Shown: in pieces, positions 1 through 9,909 of the stretch
Position numbering within the stretch: position 1 is the first letter of the stretch
How the letters are laid out: each line of letters begins with the position of its first letter
Origin: Candidatus Aenigmatarchaeota archaeon
GTDB lineage: Archaea > Aenigmatarchaeota > Aenigmatarchaeia > CG10238-14 > SpSt-28
Direction of reading: 5' to 3'
Assembly (NCBI GenBank): GCA_038733315.1
Contig: JAVYPJ010000001.1
Span: 146,770 to 210,769 of the forward strand
Length of the DNA stretch: 64,000 bases
Notes under the pieces: model-generated
The model's database searches: none
Told to the model about the DNA's origin: nothing
What the model saw: the letters and a program-made list of their open reading frames with translations, nothing else
Made by a program: the position numbers and the translations under genes

Positions 1-806
1 TCTGTAGGAATGTATACAAACCTTAAACCATTTCTTTCAGCAACATCCTTTAGTTCTAATAATTCATATATATTCTCTTCGTTCTTCTTAACTATATGAA
101 ACGGAATTGCCGGAGATAATTCGTTTATTATAAACTCACTGAATTCTTGAAGAGAATCTTTGTTATAGTTATTTGTTAAAATGTTTAGTATCTCTATATG
201 TAATTTTTGTTTATATAAATATAATATAGTTTTTCTAAGCGTTTCTACATCTTCTAATCCATTTTCTTTATAGAATTTTTCATCCAAAAAGTTATAAACC
301 CTTATTTGAACCGCAGAAAAATACTTTCTAAACAGTTTTGAAAGTATAGGTAAAAAATATGCGTTTGTAGAAAAAACATTCACTAATCCAGCCCTAAAAG
401 CATATTTTGCTATTTTATACATAGTCTCAAAAAAAATTATTGGCTCCTGTTTATAAAAGAATAGTATTTTATTTCCAGTTTCCTTTACCTGCTCTATAAA
501 CTCTTCTGTTTTTATTTCTTCTAAATCTTTTTCTTCTATGGAATTTTCATCTAAGTTACAGTTTGTCCCAATAGAATTTATTACAGTAACTTTACTAAAA
601 GGTTTGAAATGAAAAATATTAAGATTTTCTATATCTTCATAAAAAAAGTTTATTTTCATATAATTGGAAGCTATCAAAGTATTTCTTTTTTTCTCTCTAA
701 CTTTACAGAATCCTATTGGTTTTTTACTCGTCAATAAACATCTCCTTAAACATAATTTGCATCTTATTTTATTGCCAGCTTCAACACTCCATAAAAAAGC
801 CCTCAT
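1..806 (-). CDS. AmmeMemoRadiSam/PFL-activase-like radical SAM homolog with degenerate Fe-S motif (3' end runs off window)
   Basis: Hand translation from ATG at 806: MRAFLWSVEAGNKIRCKLCLRRC...GFCKVR...FHFKPFSKV...SIGTNCNLDEN...EPIIFFE...STNAY...PFHI...GLRFVY; N-terminal CxxCxxxC and the FHF-P motif match the family. Confidence 0.65.
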   Translation of the reverse strand, partial: MRAFLWSVEAGNKIRCKLCLRRCLLTSKKPIGFCKVREKKRNTLIASNYMKINFFYEDIENLNIFHFKPFSKVTVINSIGTNCNLDENSIEEKDLEEIKTEEFIEQVKETGNKILFFYKQEPIIFFETMYKIAKYAFRAGLVNVFSTNAYFLPILSKLFRKYFSAVQIRVYNFLDEKFYKENGLEDVETLRKTILYLYKQKLHIEILNILTNNYNKDSLQEFSEFIINELSPAIPFHIVKKNEENIYELLELKDVAERNGLRFVYIPT

Positions 807-844
807 AATTATTATTACTATTTTGAAATAAATAAAATCTCGTA

Positions 845-1570
845 TTAATATATCTTTCTGGCTATTATTATGAATCCTGTATGAACAATCCCGATTGTTC
901 TTGGTCTTAAATAATACTCAACTTGCCACTCCCTTACAAAACTTTCGATAACCTTTATATCAAAAAAATTATATTTTTTAACCTCCTCTACATTTTTTAC
1001 TAAGGTATCTACAACTGGACAAAAAATACAGAGATAGCCTCCATTCTTTAATAATTCAAATGCATGACATACAAAATCCTTAGAAGAATCTAAGTCCAAA
1101 AAAATTAAATCGAACTTCTCTTGATTTAAATATTTTTTATATTCAAAAACACTATCATTAATTAGCTCTATATATTCTTCTAAACCAGTTTTTTTTATAT
1201 TGCTCTTAGCAATATTATAAAACCTTTTGTCCTTTTCGAAAGTATAGATTTTGCAAGGTTTTAAGTACCAAGCAAATTGAATTGTTAAAAATGCGTTTCC
1301 AGTCCCAGCTTCTAAAATTATAGAGCCTTGCTTTATTCCTGTATACGCTAATATTATCATACCGTCTTTTGGTAAAATTGCTTGCGGTCCTCTCTTTAAT
1401 TTTGAAAGAATATCTAATAAATTTGGTTCACATACAGAAAATTTTATTCCTAAATGAGATTCTAAAATCTCTTTTTTATCCTCTATTTTTATTATGCCAT
1501 CCTTTGTATTTATTTCTTTTACATCATCATCTAATACATATTTAGAATTCTTAGAAATTAGAACCTTCAT
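845..1570 (-). CDS. trmI: tRNA (adenine57/58-N1)-methyltransferase TrmI/Trm61 family
   Basis: KRGPQAILPKD, ILEAGTGNA SAM motif, FLDL, RP...HTGF C-terminal motif. Confidence 0.9.
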   Translation of the reverse strand: MKVLISKNSKYVLDDDVKEINTKDGIIKIEDKKEILESHLGIKFSVCEPNLLDILSKLKRGPQAILPKDGMIILAYTGIKQGSIILEAGTGNAFLTIQFAWYLKPCKIYTFEKDKRFYNIAKSNIKKTGLEEYIELINDSVFEYKKYLNQEKFDLIFLDLDSSKDFVCHAFELLKNGGYLCIFCPVVDTLVKNVEEVKKYNFFDIKVIESFVREWQVEYYLRPRTIGIVHTGFIIIARKIY

Positions 1571-1577
1571 AAATAAA

Positions 1578-1970
1578 TTAAACTCTTCTTCCTCTTCTAG
1601 AGCATCTTCTCATATAACCATGGGGTATTGGTGTTACATCTTCTATCATTCCTATTTTTAATCCTGATTTAATTAGAGCTCTTAATGCAGCTTGTGCACC
1701 CATACCTAATATTTTAGATTTTATACCACCTGGCGCTCTTAATCTTACATGCACATATGTAACACCTTTTGAAATCGCCTCTTCTGCAGCCTTTTTTGCA
1801 GCTAACATAGCTGGATATGGCTTTCCACCTTCTCTATCTTTATCTGTCATTTGGCCGCTAGAATATCTAGCAAAGGTATAAGTTCCTGTCAAATCTGTAA
1901 TGTGAACTATAGTTGAGTTTTTGCTACTAAATATATGCGCAATTCCCATTATTCCCTTTTTTTCCGCCAT
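1578..1970 (-). CDS. rps11: 30S ribosomal protein uS11
   Basis: [25 protein letters not shown]. Confidence 0.97.
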   Translation of the reverse strand: MAEKKGIMGIAHIFSSKNSTIVHITDLTGTYTFARYSSGQMTDKDREGGKPYPAMLAAKKAAEEAISKGVTYVHVRLRAPGGIKSKILGMGAQAALRALIKSGLKIGMIEDVTPIPHGYMRRCSRRGRRV

Positions 1971-2008
1971 AATATAGTTGAAAAATTATTATAAATTATT
2001 TAATTAGA

Positions 2009-2491
2009 TTATTTTACTTCTTTTAAACCTATTTTTTGTGGTTCTAAGAGTAATGTTATTTTATCCTCTTCGTTTTTTGGTACTAAATACGATGGAAAAT
2101 TTACTTTTCTGCCGTTAATAGCTATGTGGCCATGAACTATTAGCTGCCTTGCCTGCTTAATAGTATTTGCTAATCCTTTTTTATATACAATAGTCTGTAA
2201 TCTTCTTTCTAAAATGTTTTCGGCTGTTAAATTTAGTAAATCGTCTAATTTTGTTGCGTCTATAAATCCATATTTTTTTATCTTTTCAAGAATTTTTCTC
2301 TCTTCTTCTCTATCTGGATTTGCTGTTAGTCTTCTCGCAATTCTTCTGTATTTTCTGGCTATACTTTCTGCCCTCCAAACTTCCTTTTTTCTCCTTAGAC
2401 CATATTTTTTCATAAGCTCTTTTTCCTTCTCTATCCTTTCCTTATCCCATCTTTTTAATGGCTTTTCGTATTTAGTTTTTAACTTTCTCAT
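2009..2491 (-). CDS. rps4: 30S ribosomal protein uS4
   Basis: [32 protein letters not shown]. Confidence 0.97.
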   Translation of the reverse strand: MRKLKTKYEKPLKRWDKERIEKEKELMKKYGLRRKKEVWRAESIARKYRRIARRLTANPDREEERKILEKIKKYGFIDATKLDDLLNLTAENILERRLQTIVYKKGLANTIKQARQLIVHGHIAINGRKVNFPSYLVPKNEEDKITLLLEPQKIGLKEVK

Positions 2492-3084
2492 TTCTTTTCT
2501 TTCTGGGCTTGTTGAGCTCTAGCCTCTTTACTCCTAACAACCCCAACAGTAGTACCTTTTCTAAAGTGGCTTCTTGTTCTTTGCCCTCTTACCGGTTGGC
2601 CTAACCTATGTCTCCAACCTCTATAAGTTCCGAGCTCTATTTCTCTTTTTACATCAAATTGTGTTTTCACCTTTATTTCGTCTCCAACTATATGATGATC
2701 TTTTCCATCGAAAATATCCTTTCTCCTATTATATAACCAATTTGGTATTTCATATTTCTGTGGATTTCTAATTATATCTTCAAGAATTTGTAGATTTTCG
2801 TCGCTCAAATTTCCTATTGGAAAATTCTTACTTATGTTAGTAACGCTTTCAAAAACCTTACATACAGCATTGCCATAAGAAAAGCTTATTCCCTTAATTT
2901 TCCATATAGCCCTTCTTATAGGTAAAGTACCGTCTATGTCCGAATCTATTAATCTTACAACAGGTTTATCCACCTTTATTTCTTTAAGTTTTTTCTTTTT
3001 AGTTTTAACCTCTTCTATTTCCTTTTTTTCCTCTTCTCTGCTAATGGATTCCTTTTCCTTTAATTTTATAGTCCTCGTTCCCAT
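2488..3084 (-). CDS. rps13: 30S ribosomal protein uS13 with charged N-terminal extension
   Basis: [25 protein letters not shown] at 3084 preferred over the upstream TTG. Confidence 0.95.
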   Translation of the reverse strand: MGTRTIKLKEKESISREEEKKEIEEVKTKKKKLKEIKVDKPVVRLIDSDIDGTLPIRRAIWKIKGISFSYGNAVCKVFESVTNISKNFPIGNLSDENLQILEDIIRNPQKYEIPNWLYNRRKDIFDGKDHHIVGDEIKVKTQFDVKREIELGTYRGWRHRLGQPVRGQRTRSHFRKGTTVGVVRSKEARAQQAQKEKK

Positions 3085-3127
3085 AATATTTTTCAAAAAT
3101 TTATATAAATTACGTTAACTTTTTATA

Positions 3128-3793
3128 ATGAAGCATGGAGATGTTGTGTATATAGATTATGTTGCTAGAATAAAAGATACAAACGAGATTTTTGATTTAA
3201 CAATAGAGGAAATTGCAAAAAAAGAGGGAATATATAATCCTGACTATATATACAAACCCATTCCAGTAGTTGTTGGTTTTGGTTTTGTTATAAAAGGATT
3301 AGATGAAGAACTTGAAAGAATGAATGAAGGAGAAGAAAAAGAATTTGAAGTACAACCAGAAAAAGCCTTTGGGAAAAGGGATGAAAATTTAGTAAAAACT
3401 TTTAATATTTCAGATTTTAAGAGACAAGATGTAGAACCAAGAGTTGGTGAATATATAACTATTAATGGTGTGTTAGGAAAAGTTTTAAGTGTTAGTGGAG
3501 GAAGGGTAACCATAGATTTTAATCATCCGCTAGCTGGAAAAACCTTAGTTTATAGAGTGAAAGTTGTTAAAAAAGCTGAAAATGAATTAGAAAAAGTTAA
3601 AGCTGTTTTGGAGTTTTTTACTAAAAAATCTGAAGATTATGAGGTTAAAGAGGATAAAGATAGCGATGCTATAATAATAGTTGATAAAAATATTGCTTTA
3701 ACTCCTGAACAAAAAAAGAGTTTATTTGATGTAATTTCTAAAATAATCGAGAAAAAAAGAATAATTTTTATGAATATTTTAGAGAAAAAATAA
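3128..3793 (+). CDS. slyD: FKBP-type peptidyl-prolyl isomerase (archaeal long-type SlyD)
   Basis: PEKAFGKRD, IDFNHPLAGKTL. Confidence 0.93.
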   Translation: MKHGDVVYIDYVARIKDTNEIFDLTIEEIAKKEGIYNPDYIYKPIPVVVGFGFVIKGLDEELERMNEGEEKEFEVQPEKAFGKRDENLVKTFNISDFKRQDVEPRVGEYITINGVLGKVLSVSGGRVTIDFNHPLAGKTLVYRVKVVKKAENELEKVKAVLEFFTKKSEDYEVKEDKDSDAIIIVDKNIALTPEQKKSLFDVISKIIEKKRIIFMNILEKK

Positions 3794-3860
3794 AAAAGTA
3801 TTTTTACTGACCGCCAGTGCTACTGGTGATTGTTATTTTCTTTACTTTTGGGAAATTTGT

Positions 3861-4268
3861 TTAACATTTGTCTAACGGTAGTACTGTTACTCTTTTAACT
3901 GCGCTAGAAATGCTGGAAATATCTATCTTTACCTGCGCAGTCTCACCCGGAGCTAGTGATTGTTCTAACGTTGCATTTTCATGAATAACACTTCCTTCTG
4001 TAAACTCTACTTTAATTAAGAAATTTTTTCCCAAATCTACACTTCCTATATTTGTGAAAATTACATTTAGCTCAGTATTATTTTTATAATAATCAACATC
4101 TAACCTAGCTCCAATACATTCAAATAACTTTTCTTGCTCTCTTTCTGTACCACCAGTTAAACCGCCAAGGTATCCTGAGAGATATAAATATATTGCCACT
4201 CCCATTCCTATGGTTACTACCACTAAGATTATTGTTGCTATATACGCTGATATAGCTCTTATTTTCAT
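3861..4268 (-). CDS. archaeal type IV pilin-like protein (class III signal peptide)
   Basis: MKIRA/ISAYIATIILVVVTIG basic-small-hydrophobic prepilin N-terminus; NIGSVDL and LAPGE beta-sandwich motifs. Confidence 0.8.
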   Translation of the reverse strand: MKIRAISAYIATIILVVVTIGMGVAIYLYLSGYLGGLTGGTEREQEKLFECIGARLDVDYYKNNTELNVIFTNIGSVDLGKNFLIKVEFTEGSVIHENATLEQSLAPGETAQVKIDISSISSAVKRVTVLPLDKC

Positions 4269-4279
4269 AAAATTATATA

Positions 4280-4633
4280 CTATCCAATTAAACTTTTAAT
4301 AGTTCCACTTACCTTTAACAGCTTTATAATACATTTTTTGTTATTAATTTCATTTATTCTTCCTAATGCAAAATAAACGAAATGCTTAGATAAATGATTG
4401 CACTTGATTATTATAGTTTTTTCTTTTTCATTAAAAGTATCTTTAATTATTTTAAAAGAAAGTAAAAAACTTAATTTACCAAAAGTTTTCAAAATAGAAT
4501 TCCAAAATTCTTTTTCAATTTCGATATAATCTAACTTTTCTTCACAAATTATTTTAATTAATAAATATCTCTTTCTTTCTCTTAAAGTTGGTAATAACGT
4601 TTTTAACCTTTTAATTTTTCTATAGCTTGTCAT
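4280..4633 (-). CDS. rnp2: RNase P protein component Pop5/Rpp14
   Basis: LPTLRERKRYL, KVSGTIK; start at MTSYRK overlaps the Rpp30 stop. Confidence 0.9.
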   Translation of the reverse strand: MTSYRKIKRLKTLLPTLRERKRYLLIKIICEEKLDYIEIEKEFWNSILKTFGKLSFLLSFKIIKDTFNEKEKTIIIKCNHLSKHFVYFALGRINEINNKKCIIKLLKVSGTIKSLIG

Positions 4634-5319
4634 ATTAATTCGACACCAGGCATTATCCACTTTTCACTTCTCTTTTTTCTATTTTCTTCTAATATATTTT
4701 CTATTCTTTTCCAGTTTTCTTTTATTTCTTTTTCCTCGAAGTCAAAAACATATTCTATGCTTTCAAAAAACTTAAAATCTTTAACATCAAACTTCTCTTT
4801 TGAAAAGCTAGCAATAAAAAAAGGTACTTTATATTTTCTACATAATTTACTTATTTCTAAAATTTTTTGGTACTCTTTGTTTTCTTCATATAGATTTTTA
4901 AATTTTAAAGAAGAAAAATCGATAACTATTCCTATGTTATTCAAAGCCGCTTTTTTTGCAAATATGTGATTAATTCCAATATCCTCTCTATTCTCGAATG
5001 GATTAATTAAAAAATCTGAAAAAACATTTTGAACCGCTTCTCTATTTAATTTCAAATTTCCACCTCTAACTAAAAGAATATCAAAATTTTTTCTTTTTTT
5101 TACATTCATACACTTTAAATCTTTATAATTATTTTCTGTAAAAATTGCGCCACTAAAAATTTCTAAATTGGTATTTATTTTTTTTATTTCATTATCGAAT
5201 TCTTCAAAGTTTTTTATTTTACTTAATTCTTCGGCTATAATAACTTTCTTATAATCTAATATCTCTAGAAATTCTAATATTTCGATTGTTTTATTTGAAT
5301 AATAAACTATGTCTATCAT
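4630..5319 (-). CDS. rnp3: RNase P protein component Rpp30
   Basis: LVRGGNLKLNREAV, INHIFAKKAA, RKYKVPF, PGVEL; adjacent to Pop5 and eL15. Confidence 0.85.
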   Translation of the reverse strand: MIDIVYYSNKTIEILEFLEILDYKKVIIAEELSKIKNFEEFDNEIKKINTNLEIFSGAIFTENNYKDLKCMNVKKRKNFDILLVRGGNLKLNREAVQNVFSDFLINPFENREDIGINHIFAKKAALNNIGIVIDFSSLKFKNLYEENKEYQKILEISKLCRKYKVPFFIASFSKEKFDVKDFKFFESIEYVFDFEEKEIKENWKRIENILEENRKKRSEKWIMPGVELI

Positions 5320-5320
5320 T

Positions 5321-6223
5321 TTAACAAAATACTTGAGTAATATAAATTTTGCCATCGCTAGTTATAAAAACTCCTATTCCTTCATCTCTCCAATGCTCAA
5401 ATAAAATATTTTTTCTATGTCCCTCACTATTATACCAACCATTAGTAACTTCCTTAGCAAATTCTTCTAAGCTATAGAATTCGTATGAAATTATTTTTCC
5501 CGAAAATTTATCATAACTATAGCTTTTATAAATATATCCTAAAAACAAGTTTTCAGCTCCTTCATAAACATAGTTTCCAGCTAAAATTTTACACTCATAA
5601 CTAAACTTCTCAAACCTATCTGCTAAATTTTCTCCATCAATACTAATATGGTCAAAATAATTCCTTTCTGCCATATCTTTACTATGATATCTAGCTATTT
5701 CTCTCAGTTTTTCATTAAACTTTAAAATGCTTAAGTTATGCTCTGCTCTTATTTTATTTACATATTCATGAATTTTTAATTCTAAGAATTCGACACTTTG
5801 ATTAAATTCTTTCAATTTCTCATAAAAAATTTCTTCGGTTGTCTCATACCTTTGGTAAACTAACGGATTAGATAATAAATTTTTAATTTTAATTTCTCCC
5901 TTAGAAACCTTTTCAGAAAAACCATCTATACCCAAAACAAAATCTAATTTTTTAAAATTTTCGTAAGAGGAAAAAAAATAAGTAAAAAGTATTATAAAGA
6001 CTAAAAATAGAAAGTTTTTTATAGGTAAAAACTCTTTTAACCTTTCTTCAAAAAAAATCCAAGATATATAAATTATAGAAAAAATAGTAGATCTTAAAAA
6101 TATTTTAAAATAATCAATAGAATCTATAAAAAAACTTAAAATCAATAAAAATGAGAAAACTATAAAGAAAATTTTAAAAAAACTATAGATTATTTTTTTA
6201 CTTGCCTCTATGTTTTTTTCCAT
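5321..6223 (-). CDS. membrane-anchored CAP/SCP domain protein
   Basis: N-terminal TM helices; VNKIRAEH, HSKDMAERNYFDH, GAENL, WYNSEGHRKNIL. Confidence 0.88.
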   Translation of the reverse strand: MEKNIEASKKIIYSFFKIFFIVFSFLLILSFFIDSIDYFKIFLRSTIFSIIYISWIFFEERLKEFLPIKNFLFLVFIILFTYFFSSYENFKKLDFVLGIDGFSEKVSKGEIKIKNLLSNPLVYQRYETTEEIFYEKLKEFNQSVEFLELKIHEYVNKIRAEHNLSILKFNEKLREIARYHSKDMAERNYFDHISIDGENLADRFEKFSYECKILAGNYVYEGAENLFLGYIYKSYSYDKFSGKIISYEFYSLEEFAKEVTNGWYNSEGHRKNILFEHWRDEGIGVFITSDGKIYITQVFC

Positions 6224-6231
6224 AAAATTAT

Positions 6232-6759
6232 TTACGCTCTTAAACCTCTTGCTTTTTTACCTGCGCTAGTTAACCCCCTAAATACTCTTCTTCTATGCTG
6301 CTTTTCACAAATCCAATTAATGTTTTTATCCGATTTTATAACAGGATGATTTTTATCAACCATTATTACTTCATACCATTTATACATACCATCTTCAGCA
6401 ACATAATAACTATTTAATACCTCTAAATTTGGAAATTTTCTTTGAGCTCTTTCTTCTGCAATCCATCTTAATGATTTCCTTGGAGTAAAACGTCTTATTC
6501 CAGTGCTACCCGGTTTTTTACCGAGCATTCTTAGATAGGCCCTTCTACTTCTTCCGCCCTTTCTAACTCTTACCCTAACAATTATAAACCCTTGCTTAGC
6601 TTTATATCCAAGAGCTCTTGCTCTATCTAATCTTGTTGGCCTTTCTACCCTTACAATTGCTTCCTCTTTTCTCCATTGTTTTAACCTTTCCTTAAATAAT
6701 TCCTTCCTTAAATCTTTTTTCTTCCAATACTCCCTTAAAGATTTATATAAATTTAGCAT
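6232..6759 (-). CDS. rpl15e: 50S ribosomal protein eL15
   Basis: [33 protein letters not shown]. Confidence 0.97.
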   Translation of the reverse strand: MLNLYKSLREYWKKKDLRKELFKERLKQWRKEEAIVRVERPTRLDRARALGYKAKQGFIIVRVRVRKGGRSRRAYLRMLGKKPGSTGIRRFTPRKSLRWIAEERAQRKFPNLEVLNSYYVAEDGMYKWYEVIMVDKNHPVIKSDKNINWICEKQHRRRVFRGLTSAGKKARGLRA

Positions 6760-6804
6760 AAGATTATATCTAAAAACTTTAAATATTTATCTTTCTTTTA
6801 TTTT

Positions 6805-7887
6805 ATGGCAATAAAACAGCTTAGTGGAGAGGTAAAATTCACAGAAGTTGATGAGGAGCTAAGAAAATTTGTAGAAAAAAGAAAAACTCAAATAAAGGTT
6901 ATTGGATGTGGAGGTGCTGGAAATAATACTATTTCTAGATTAATGCAAGTTGGAATTGTTGGTGCACAAACTATAGCGATAAATACTGATGCTATGGATT
7001 TATTATACACAGATGCTGATATAAAAATACTTATCGGAAAAGAATTAACTGGCGGCCTAGGAGCTGGTGCTGATCCAAAGATAGGAATGGAAGCTGCAAA
7101 AGAAAGTAAAGAGGAAATAAAAGCTGCATTAAAGGGTGCTGATATGGTATTTATTACTGGTGGCTTAGGCGGTGGTACTGGAAGTGGAAGTGCGCCAATA
7201 ATTGCAGAAATAGCTAAAAAATTAGATGCTCTAGTTATCGGAATATTTACATTACCTTTCAAAATGGAGGGTAAGCAAAGGTGGGATAATGCCATGTGGG
7301 CTGTAGATTTACTTAAAGATTCTGTAGATACATTAATATTAATTCCTAACGATAAGTTACTTGAATTATATCCAGATGTTTCTATAGCCACTGCTTTTAA
7401 AATCGCTGACGAGCTTCTAGTAAATGGCGTAAAGGGTATTACAGAAATGATTACTAAGCCTGGATTAGTAAATAGAGATTTTGCAGACATAAGATCTATA
7501 ATGAAGGATGGTGGCTTAGCTTTAATTGGTATGGGTGAGAGTGATAGCGAAAATAGGGCAATAGAAAGCGTTCAGAGAGCTATTAATAATCCACTATTAA
7601 GTGTGGATGTTTCTAACGCAAAAGGGGCTTTAGTATCAATATTTAGTGGTCCAGATATAGCGCTTAAAGAAGTTAATCAAATACTAGAAGTTATTAAAGG
7701 AAAGATGGATGAAAGTGCAAAAATATTATGGGGAGTTCAGTTAGATAAAAACCTTGGAGATACTGTAAGAACAATGATAATAGTTACTGGCGTTTCTTCT
7801 CCCTTTATTTTAGGTCCTACACCAAAAGAGGATAAGAAAAAGTATAAAAAACCGATAGAAAAAGATTTAGGAATAGAATTTGTTTAG
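6805..7887 (+). CDS. ftsZ: cell division protein FtsZ
   Basis: GCGGAGNN, GGLGGGTGSG tubulin signature, NRDFAD; followed by secE-spt5-rpl11 as in ftsZ1 loci. Confidence 0.97.
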   Translation: MAIKQLSGEVKFTEVDEELRKFVEKRKTQIKVIGCGGAGNNTISRLMQVGIVGAQTIAINTDAMDLLYTDADIKILIGKELTGGLGAGADPKIGMEAAKESKEEIKAALKGADMVFITGGLGGGTGSGSAPIIAEIAKKLDALVIGIFTLPFKMEGKQRWDNAMWAVDLLKDSVDTLILIPNDKLLELYPDVSIATAFKIADELLVNGVKGITEMITKPGLVNRDFADIRSIMKDGGLALIGMGESDSENRAIESVQRAINNPLLSVDVSNAKGALVSIFSGPDIALKEVNQILEVIKGKMDESAKILWGVQLDKNLGDTVRTMIIVTGVSSPFILGPTPKEDKKKYKKPIEKDLGIEFV

Positions 7888-7892
7888 TTTTT

Positions 7893-8066
7893 ATGTTTAA
7901 AAAAATTATTGAATTTTTTAAAAGAATGTTTTATATAATAAAAATAGCTAAGAAACCTACTCAATCTGAAATAAAAAAACTCCTAAAATTCATTTTATTT
8001 TTGATCTTTTCCATAGGGATTTTGGGGTTTATTTTTTATTCTATAGAGTTATTATTAAATCTTTAA
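7893..8066 (+). CDS. secE: protein translocase subunit SecE/Sec61-gamma (not in ORF track)
   Basis: 57 aa MFKKIIEFFKRMFYIIKIAKKPTQSEIKKLLKFILFLIFSIGILGFIFYSIELLLNL; KKP motif plus TM, between ftsZ and spt5. Confidence 0.88.
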   Translation: MFKKIIEFFKRMFYIIKIAKKPTQSEIKKLLKFILFLIFSIGILGFIFYSIELLLNL

Positions 8067-8076
8067 CGATAATATT

Positions 8077-8523
8077 ATGCAAATATTTGTTATAAGAACA
8101 ATAGGTGGGAAGGAAGAAAGTATTATAGAAATGATAGCTAATAAAGCAATCTCTCAAAATCTGCAAATATATTCAGCGCTTAAAATAGAGGAGCTTAAGG
8201 GGTATGTGTTTATAGAAGGTGAAGAAGATGATGTTATGAAAGTTATAAAAGAAATTCCGCATATAAGAAGTGTTTTAGAAAAAAGAATTACCTTAGATGA
8301 GTTAAAAAAATACATAAAAGTAGAGGAGAAAAAAGAAATTATTCCTGAAATTAATGATATAGTTGAGATTATAGGGGGGCCATTTAAAGGATTAAGAGGA
8401 AGAATTACAAAAGTTGACGAGATTAAGGGAGAGGTTACGATAGAATTGCTGGATGTTGCTGTAAGTTTGCCCGTAACGATTAATCTAGAATTGATAAAAG
8501 TTATAGAGAAGAAAAATAAATAG
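8077..8523 (+). CDS. spt5: transcription elongation factor Spt5/NusG
   Basis: LKGYVFIE NGN domain; DIVEIIGGPFKG KOW motif. Confidence 0.95.
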   Translation: MQIFVIRTIGGKEESIIEMIANKAISQNLQIYSALKIEELKGYVFIEGEEDDVMKVIKEIPHIRSVLEKRITLDELKKYIKVEEKKEIIPEINDIVEIIGGPFKGLRGRITKVDEIKGEVTIELLDVAVSLPVTINLELIKVIEKKNK

Positions 8524-8558
8524 TTTATAAATTCTTTGCCTTAGATATATTTAAACTT

Positions 8559-9077
8559 ATGAACGATGAAAAAGATATAATAGAATTTTTAGTAGAGGGC
8601 GGAAAAGCGTCGCCTGGACCAACAACAGCTCCTAAGTTATCCACATATAAACTAAATGTTGGAGAAGTTTTTTCTAAAATAAACCAGTTAACAAAAGAAT
8701 TTGTAGGTATGGAAGTTCCAGTAAGAATAATTATAGATAAACAAACTAAAAAGTATGAAATCGAAATTGGTTTACCATCTACTTCTAGCTTGCTAAAAAA
8801 AGAAGCTAAAATAGATGTAGCAAAAATAACCAAAGAAGAGGCCGAAAAGGGAAAAAAATATGTAGCAAATATACCTTTTGAAAGTGTTTTAAAAGTTACT
8901 AAAATAAAGGAAAAGGAGTTAGAGGGAAATTCTATAAAAAGTAAGATAAAACAAGTCTTAGGAACTTGTGTTTCTCTACATTTTACTGTAGATAATAAAG
9001 ATCCTAGGGAAATTATAAAATACGTAGATGAAGGAAAATATGATGAATTGATTAGTAAATATTTTTCAAAAGCATAA
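8559..9077 (+). CDS. rpl11: 50S ribosomal protein uL11
   Basis: VEGGKASPGP, GMEVPV, PSTSSLLKKEA, GTCVSL. Confidence 0.93.
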   Translation: MNDEKDIIEFLVEGGKASPGPTTAPKLSTYKLNVGEVFSKINQLTKEFVGMEVPVRIIIDKQTKKYEIEIGLPSTSSLLKKEAKIDVAKITKEEAEKGKKYVANIPFESVLKVTKIKEKELEGNSIKSKIKQVLGTCVSLHFTVDNKDPREIIKYVDEGKYDELISKYFSKA

Positions 9078-9260
9078 ATGAAGGAATTTTGGTTTATATT
9101 TGGATTGGGTTTATTAATATACCTCTATTTAATTTTTGTCGGCGAAAAACACGAACTTTTATCTATATTACCTACATACTCTTTAATAGGGGTTTTTGCA
9201 TACTCTTTCGAGAAAAAATACCTTAGAAAAAAATATCGTGTTGTAGAAATTGAAGAATAA
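9078..9260 (+). CDS. small hypothetical membrane protein
   Basis: 60 aa, two hydrophobic segments; ATG abuts the uL11 stop. Confidence 0.6.
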   Translation: MKEFWFIFGLGLLIYLYLIFVGEKHELLSILPTYSLIGVFAYSFEKKYLRKKYRVVEIEE

Positions 9261-9280
9261 ACAATTTATAATTTTATTTA

Positions 9281-9907
9281 ATGGTAATTATGGATTTCGA
9301 AGTCTTAAAAACAAAAATAGAGGAAGCCATTAAAAATAAGGAAAGAAGGAATTTTAAACAAAGTGTAGAGTTGATTGTGGTTTTGAAAAATGTTGAAATA
9401 AAGGAGCTTAAAAACAAAATACAAAATGTTATGTTATCGCACTATAATAATTCTAGAGTTGTTCTTTTTAGCGAAATAAGAAGGGATGATATTAAGGATG
9501 TAAAAAATATTACTCTTAAAGACATTGAAAATATTTCGAAAAGTAAAAGAGAAAGTAAAAAATTTGCAAGAAGTTTTGATTTTGCACTAGCCGAAACTAA
9601 ACTACTTACAACCATAGGTAAAGTTTTAGGAAAATTTCTTGCGCCATTAGGTAAAATGCCTATGCCTATAACAGATGAAAAAAGACTAAACGATACTATA
9701 GAAAAGCTTAGAAAATGTATTAGAGTGAATTTAAAGCAGAATCAAATTCAGCTAAAAATAGGAAAAGAAGATATGAAAATAGACGAAATATTTGAAAATG
9801 CTAAGGAAGCTTTAAATCAAATTATGTCTGTTCTTCCAGAAGGCGATAGGAATATTAAGAAAATATACGTAAAACTTACTATGAGCAAGCCGATTAGAGT
9901 ACTATAA
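9281..9907 (+). CDS. rpl1: 50S ribosomal protein uL1
   Basis: RNFKQSVEL, LGKFLAPLGKMP, YVKLTMS. Confidence 0.93.
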   Translation: MVIMDFEVLKTKIEEAIKNKERRNFKQSVELIVVLKNVEIKELKNKIQNVMLSHYNNSRVVLFSEIRRDDIKDVKNITLKDIENISKSKRESKKFARSFDFALAETKLLTTIGKVLGKFLAPLGKMPMPITDEKRLNDTIEKLRKCIRVNLKQNQIQLKIGKEDMKIDEIFENAKEALNQIMSVLPEGDRNIKKIYVKLTMSKPIRVL

Positions 9908-9909
9908 GC

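Noticed and set aside
6888..7490. 200-aa ORF antisense to ftsZ, and similar shadow ORFs over uS4, pgk, srp54, tuf, ileS, the MTase and hel308
   Set aside because: They lie fully opposite well-supported genes and have no motifs.
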